Assembly: GCA_002382125.1 (NCBI GenBank)
Contig: DFZP01000019.1
Location: forward strand, 1-36,438
DNA from: Firmicutes bacterium UBA4053
GTDB lineage: Bacteria > Bacillota > Desulfotomaculia > Desulfotomaculales > Nap2-2B
Direction: 5' to 3'
DNA: 36,438 nt
Positions 33,755-36,438 of the stretch are shown here, piece by piece (position 1 is the stretch's first letter; the number at the start of each line of letters is the position of its first letter). Both the position numbers and the translations under genes were made by a program. A model generated the notes under the pieces. It was given only the letters and a program-made list of their open reading frames with translations, was not told the origin of the DNA and searched no databases.

Positions 33755-35695
33755 TTAACTTTGCTCCCACATGATCTTACCGCAGTCCCGCAGGTCGTAG
33801 CCGCCCAAGGAGCGCACTTCTTCCCGGAATTCAGGACGGCTCATTACATCCAGCAGTCGCTGAATATATGGTGTGTCCCAGTATTCTTTAGGTATGCACA
33901 GATCATAGCGTTCTTCTACCAGATCAATAAAGTCCAGGCCTAAAGCACGGGCTGCTGCCCGGATGCCCAGGGCGGCGTCTGCCTCCCCGGCGGCTACTGC
34001 TGCTGCCACGGCCATGTGGGTGTATTCTTCCCGATCGTAACCGCGAATTTCCTCCGGGCGTATTCCCAATGTCTTCAGATTGTAGTCCAGCAGTACACGG
34101 GTGCCTGCCCCCCGCTGGCGGTTGACGAAGGTGACGCCGGGCCGGGCCAAATCGACCAGCCCCTTGATGTTTTTGGGGTTTCCTTTTTTAATGATCAGCC
34201 CTTGTTCCCGGTAGACAAGATTGACCAGCGCCATTTTGCGCCCTGGTAAAAGCCGCCGGATGTAAGAAATGTTATACTCGCCGGTTTCTTCGTCTAATAG
34301 GTGTGCGCCGGCGCAATGGGCTTCGTTTCGCTTCAGGGCGTTCAGTCCGGCCAGACTGCCCACGTGGGCGCTGGAGAGGAAAGCCTGCGGGTAAATTATC
34401 CGCAGGTGATTGGCCAGCACGTCTAAGGTATTGTCGTGGCTGCCAATGATCACAGTGGTTTCCTGTACTTCCGGCAAGGAACGCAGCAGTTCCACCGGTA
34501 CCGTTTCTCCGCCTGCGAATCCTTCTGAAAGTCTTGGTATGCGGATCATGCCGTCAGCCCGGATTAACGACATAATGATTCCCGCTCCGCGGGAAACGGG
34601 CGTGGCTATCATCTGGTTCCCCACACGGCCCAGTTTGACACGAACGAATTCCTCCACTCCCAGGGAAGAGACAAGTTTACGGGAGACCATGGCGTTTGCC
34701 TTTTCCCGCGCTGGGGGCAGGGATCCCAGTTTGCGGTAGATAACCGGTTTGACGAAAAGTTCGGCGCACAGGTAGGCCGATACCGGGTAGCCGGGCACAC
34801 CAATTACCGGCTTGTTTTCTACCGTTCCCAGGATTACCGGCTTGCCCGGCCTGGTGGCCACTCCATGCACCAGCACACTTCCCAGGCGGCGGATGACTTC
34901 GGCGGTAAAGTCTTCCCTGCCGGCTGAGGAACCGGCGCTGATCAGCACCATGTCTGCAATTTGCAGAGCAGAAAGCAAAGCTTTTTTGATGGCTTCCAGG
35001 TCATCCGGTACTGTGTTGAATCGTCTGGCAATCCCGCCCCATTCTTCCACCATCGCTGCCAGCATCCGCGTGTTAAACTCGATGATTTTTCCTGCTTCCA
35101 GCTCTGTTCCCGGTTCCACCAGTTCATTACCGGTGGGGATCAAGACTACCTGCGGCTGAGGGTAAACTGGTATTTCTGTCGTTCCTCCGGCCAGCAGGCC
35201 TCCTAAATCCACCGGCCGTACCAGGTGGTTGGCAGGTATGATCATTTCCGTGGCTACAATATCTTCTCCCACCACCCGGACATTTTGCCAGGGGTAGGCA
35301 GGATGTATTATTTCAATAGTATCTTCGCTTACAAAGTGAATGTCCTCGATCATTATTACCGCGTCGTAGCCTGCGGGCAGGGGATCTCCCGTATCTACCG
35401 GCACGGCGTCAATACCTGTTTCGAGCCTGACGGGTGTAGTTTCGGAAGCGCCGAAAGTGGCGGTGGATCTCACAGCGTAACCATCCATGGCTGCTGAGTG
35501 GTAATGAGGAGAGGAAACCCTGGCGTACACCGGCGCCGCTGTCACCCGGCGCAGTGCTTTTTCGACCGGAATCTGCTCTGCCGGCGCCGGTTTTAACGCT
35601 CCTGTTTGATCCAGGAATTCCAGGTAAAGTTCCAGTGCCTCTTCCCACGGTTTATCGTCCAGATAAACGTCACGTTTCACAGTATTTTTTTCCAT
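33755..35695 (-). CDS. moeA: MoeA (molybdopterin metal-transferase) fused to a C-terminal PBP-like oxyanion-binding domain
   Basis: The MoeA_N region ('SPHYHSAAMDGYAV'), the MoCF_biosynth region ('LISAGSSAGREDF') and the MoeA_C region make up the MoeA part. They are followed by ~240 aa of PBP-like sequence ('VIIGSHDNTLDVLANHL...HVGSLAGLNALKRNEAHCAGAHL...FVNRQRGAGTR'). Confidence 0.85.
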   Translation of the reverse strand: MEKNTVKRDVYLDDKPWEEALELYLEFLDQTGALKPAPAEQIPVEKALRRVTAAPVYARVSSPHYHSAAMDGYAVRSTATFGASETTPVRLETGIDAVPVDTGDPLPAGYDAVIMIEDIHFVSEDTIEIIHPAYPWQNVRVVGEDIVATEMIIPANHLVRPVDLGGLLAGGTTEIPVYPQPQVVLIPTGNELVEPGTELEAGKIIEFNTRMLAAMVEEWGGIARRFNTVPDDLEAIKKALLSALQIADMVLISAGSSAGREDFTAEVIRRLGSVLVHGVATRPGKPVILGTVENKPVIGVPGYPVSAYLCAELFVKPVIYRKLGSLPPAREKANAMVSRKLVSSLGVEEFVRVKLGRVGNQMIATPVSRGAGIIMSLIRADGMIRIPRLSEGFAGGETVPVELLRSLPEVQETTVIIGSHDNTLDVLANHLRIIYPQAFLSSAHVGSLAGLNALKRNEAHCAGAHLLDEETGEYNISYIRRLLPGRKMALVNLVYREQGLIIKKGNPKNIKGLVDLARPGVTFVNRQRGAGTRVLLDYNLKTLGIRPEEIRGYDREEYTHMAVAAAVAAGEADAALGIRAAARALGLDFIDLVEERYDLCIPKEYWDTPYIQRLLDVMSRPEFREEVRSLGGYDLRDCGKIMWEQS

Positions 35696-35712
35696 AATGA
35701 TTTTTCAACTCC

Positions 35713-36438
35713 CTAAAACAATTTTACCTCTACCGTTTCTCCCGCCTCGACCCCTTCTTTGCCGGCGGGTATTCTGGCCAGGCCGTCGGCTTTTACCAGA
35801 GTAGTGATCAGCCCTGACTTGCCCAGGACGGGCTCGGCATAAAGGCTTCCTTGCTGTAAAAACAACCTGACCCGGATAAAGTCTTCCCGTCCCGGGGCAG
35901 AGCGCAGGTTGCGGGTGAGCCGGGCTACCAAAGGGAATTCCCGGAATCCGTTTTCTTCCCCGGAATAGTTTCCCATACGCAGCAGGGGAGCCACTAGCAA
36001 CTGAAAAACTACCAGTGCAGAGGCGGGATGACCGGGCAGACCGAAAACCGGTTTTCCCGCCACCACCGCTCCAATGGCAGGTTTGCCGGGCCGGATGGGG
36101 AGGCCGTGAAACAATACCCCCGGGCTACCCAGAGAGTTTATTGCTTCTGCCGCTACGTCTCTGGTTCCTACTGAACTGCCGCCGGAGAGCAGCGCCAGGT
36201 CGTTTTCTTTTAAAACTATGGTTAATCTTTCCCGTATTTTTTGAAAATCGTCCTTGACTATGCCGTAAAGATGCGGTTCACCGCCTGCCTCTGCAACCGC
36301 TCCATACAGGGTGTAAGAATTAATATCCCTTATCTTTCCCGGCGCCGGTTTTTCGTCGGGAGGTACCACCTCGTCTCCCGTGGATATTATGCCCACCCGC
36401 TGCCGGCAGAAAACTTCCACTGCGGTTACTCCGGCAGC
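35713..36438 (-). CDS. moeA: Second MoeA paralog (C-terminal two-thirds only; the 5' end lies beyond the window)
   Basis: 'IISTGDEVV', 'ALLSGGSSVGTRD', 'HGLPIRPGKP' and 'GLPGHPASA' are MoeA domains III and IV. The frame remains open to the window edge at 36438. Confidence 0.85.
   Translation of the reverse strand, partial: AAGVTAVEVFCRQRVGIISTGDEVVPPDEKPAPGKIRDINSYTLYGAVAEAGGEPHLYGIVKDDFQKIRERLTIVLKENDLALLSGGSSVGTRDVAAEAINSLGSPGVLFHGLPIRPGKPAIGAVVAGKPVFGLPGHPASALVVFQLLVAPLLRMGNYSGEENGFREFPLVARLTRNLRSAPGREDFIRVRLFLQQGSLYAEPVLGKSGLITTLVKADGLARIPAGKEGVEAGETVEVKLF

Noticed and set aside
33043-35497. Multiple 60-115-aa ORFs on either strand within the ABC ATPase and MoeA-PBP genes
   Set aside because: They overlap or lie antisense to genes with clear Walker/signature or MoeA motifs, and no independent support exists.

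Overview
This 36.4-kb chromosomal window most likely comes from an anaerobic Gram-positive bacterium, perhaps a Peptococcaceae or Desulfotomaculum-like Firmicute. That placement is inferred from GGAGG-type ribosome-binding sites, frequent GTG/TTG starts, a perfect CIRCE operator, a B. subtilis-style infC-rpmI-rplT leader, and the gene content. I saw no transposase, integrase, CRISPR array or recognisable defence gene.

Content falls into three groups:
- Housekeeping genes: infC-rpmI-rplT followed directly by ktrB-ktrA and a TrmH-family methyltransferase; groES-groEL; tRNA-Pro and tRNA-Lys; deoC; ilvC; and a cell-wall amidase.
- Acyl-CoA metabolism, which is unusually dense. There are three complete crotonases plus one remnant, a thiolase, a two-subunit CoA-transferase, a MaoC hot-dog pair, an acyl-CoA dehydrogenase, a carboxyltransferase and an ADP-forming acyl-CoA synthetase. 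A PaaX-type regulator sits divergent to a BcrC/BcrB-like (benzoyl-CoA reductase / 2-hydroxyacyl-CoA dehydratase family) pair.
- Molybdenum/tungsten cofactor genes: mog/moaB-like, fdhD, a Moco/Tuco-type riboswitch candidate upstream of tupA, an ABC ATPase, a MoeA-PBP fusion and a second moeA.

The best candidates for undescribed biology are:
- The BcrC/BcrB-like pair has no ATPase/activator partner anywhere in the window.
- A compact ferredoxin - DUF1847 - MenB/BadI-like crotonase operon.
- A riboswitch-controlled tungstate transporter locus with no permease gene.

All family assignments rest on reading the translated ORFs against remembered family motifs. No database search was run.
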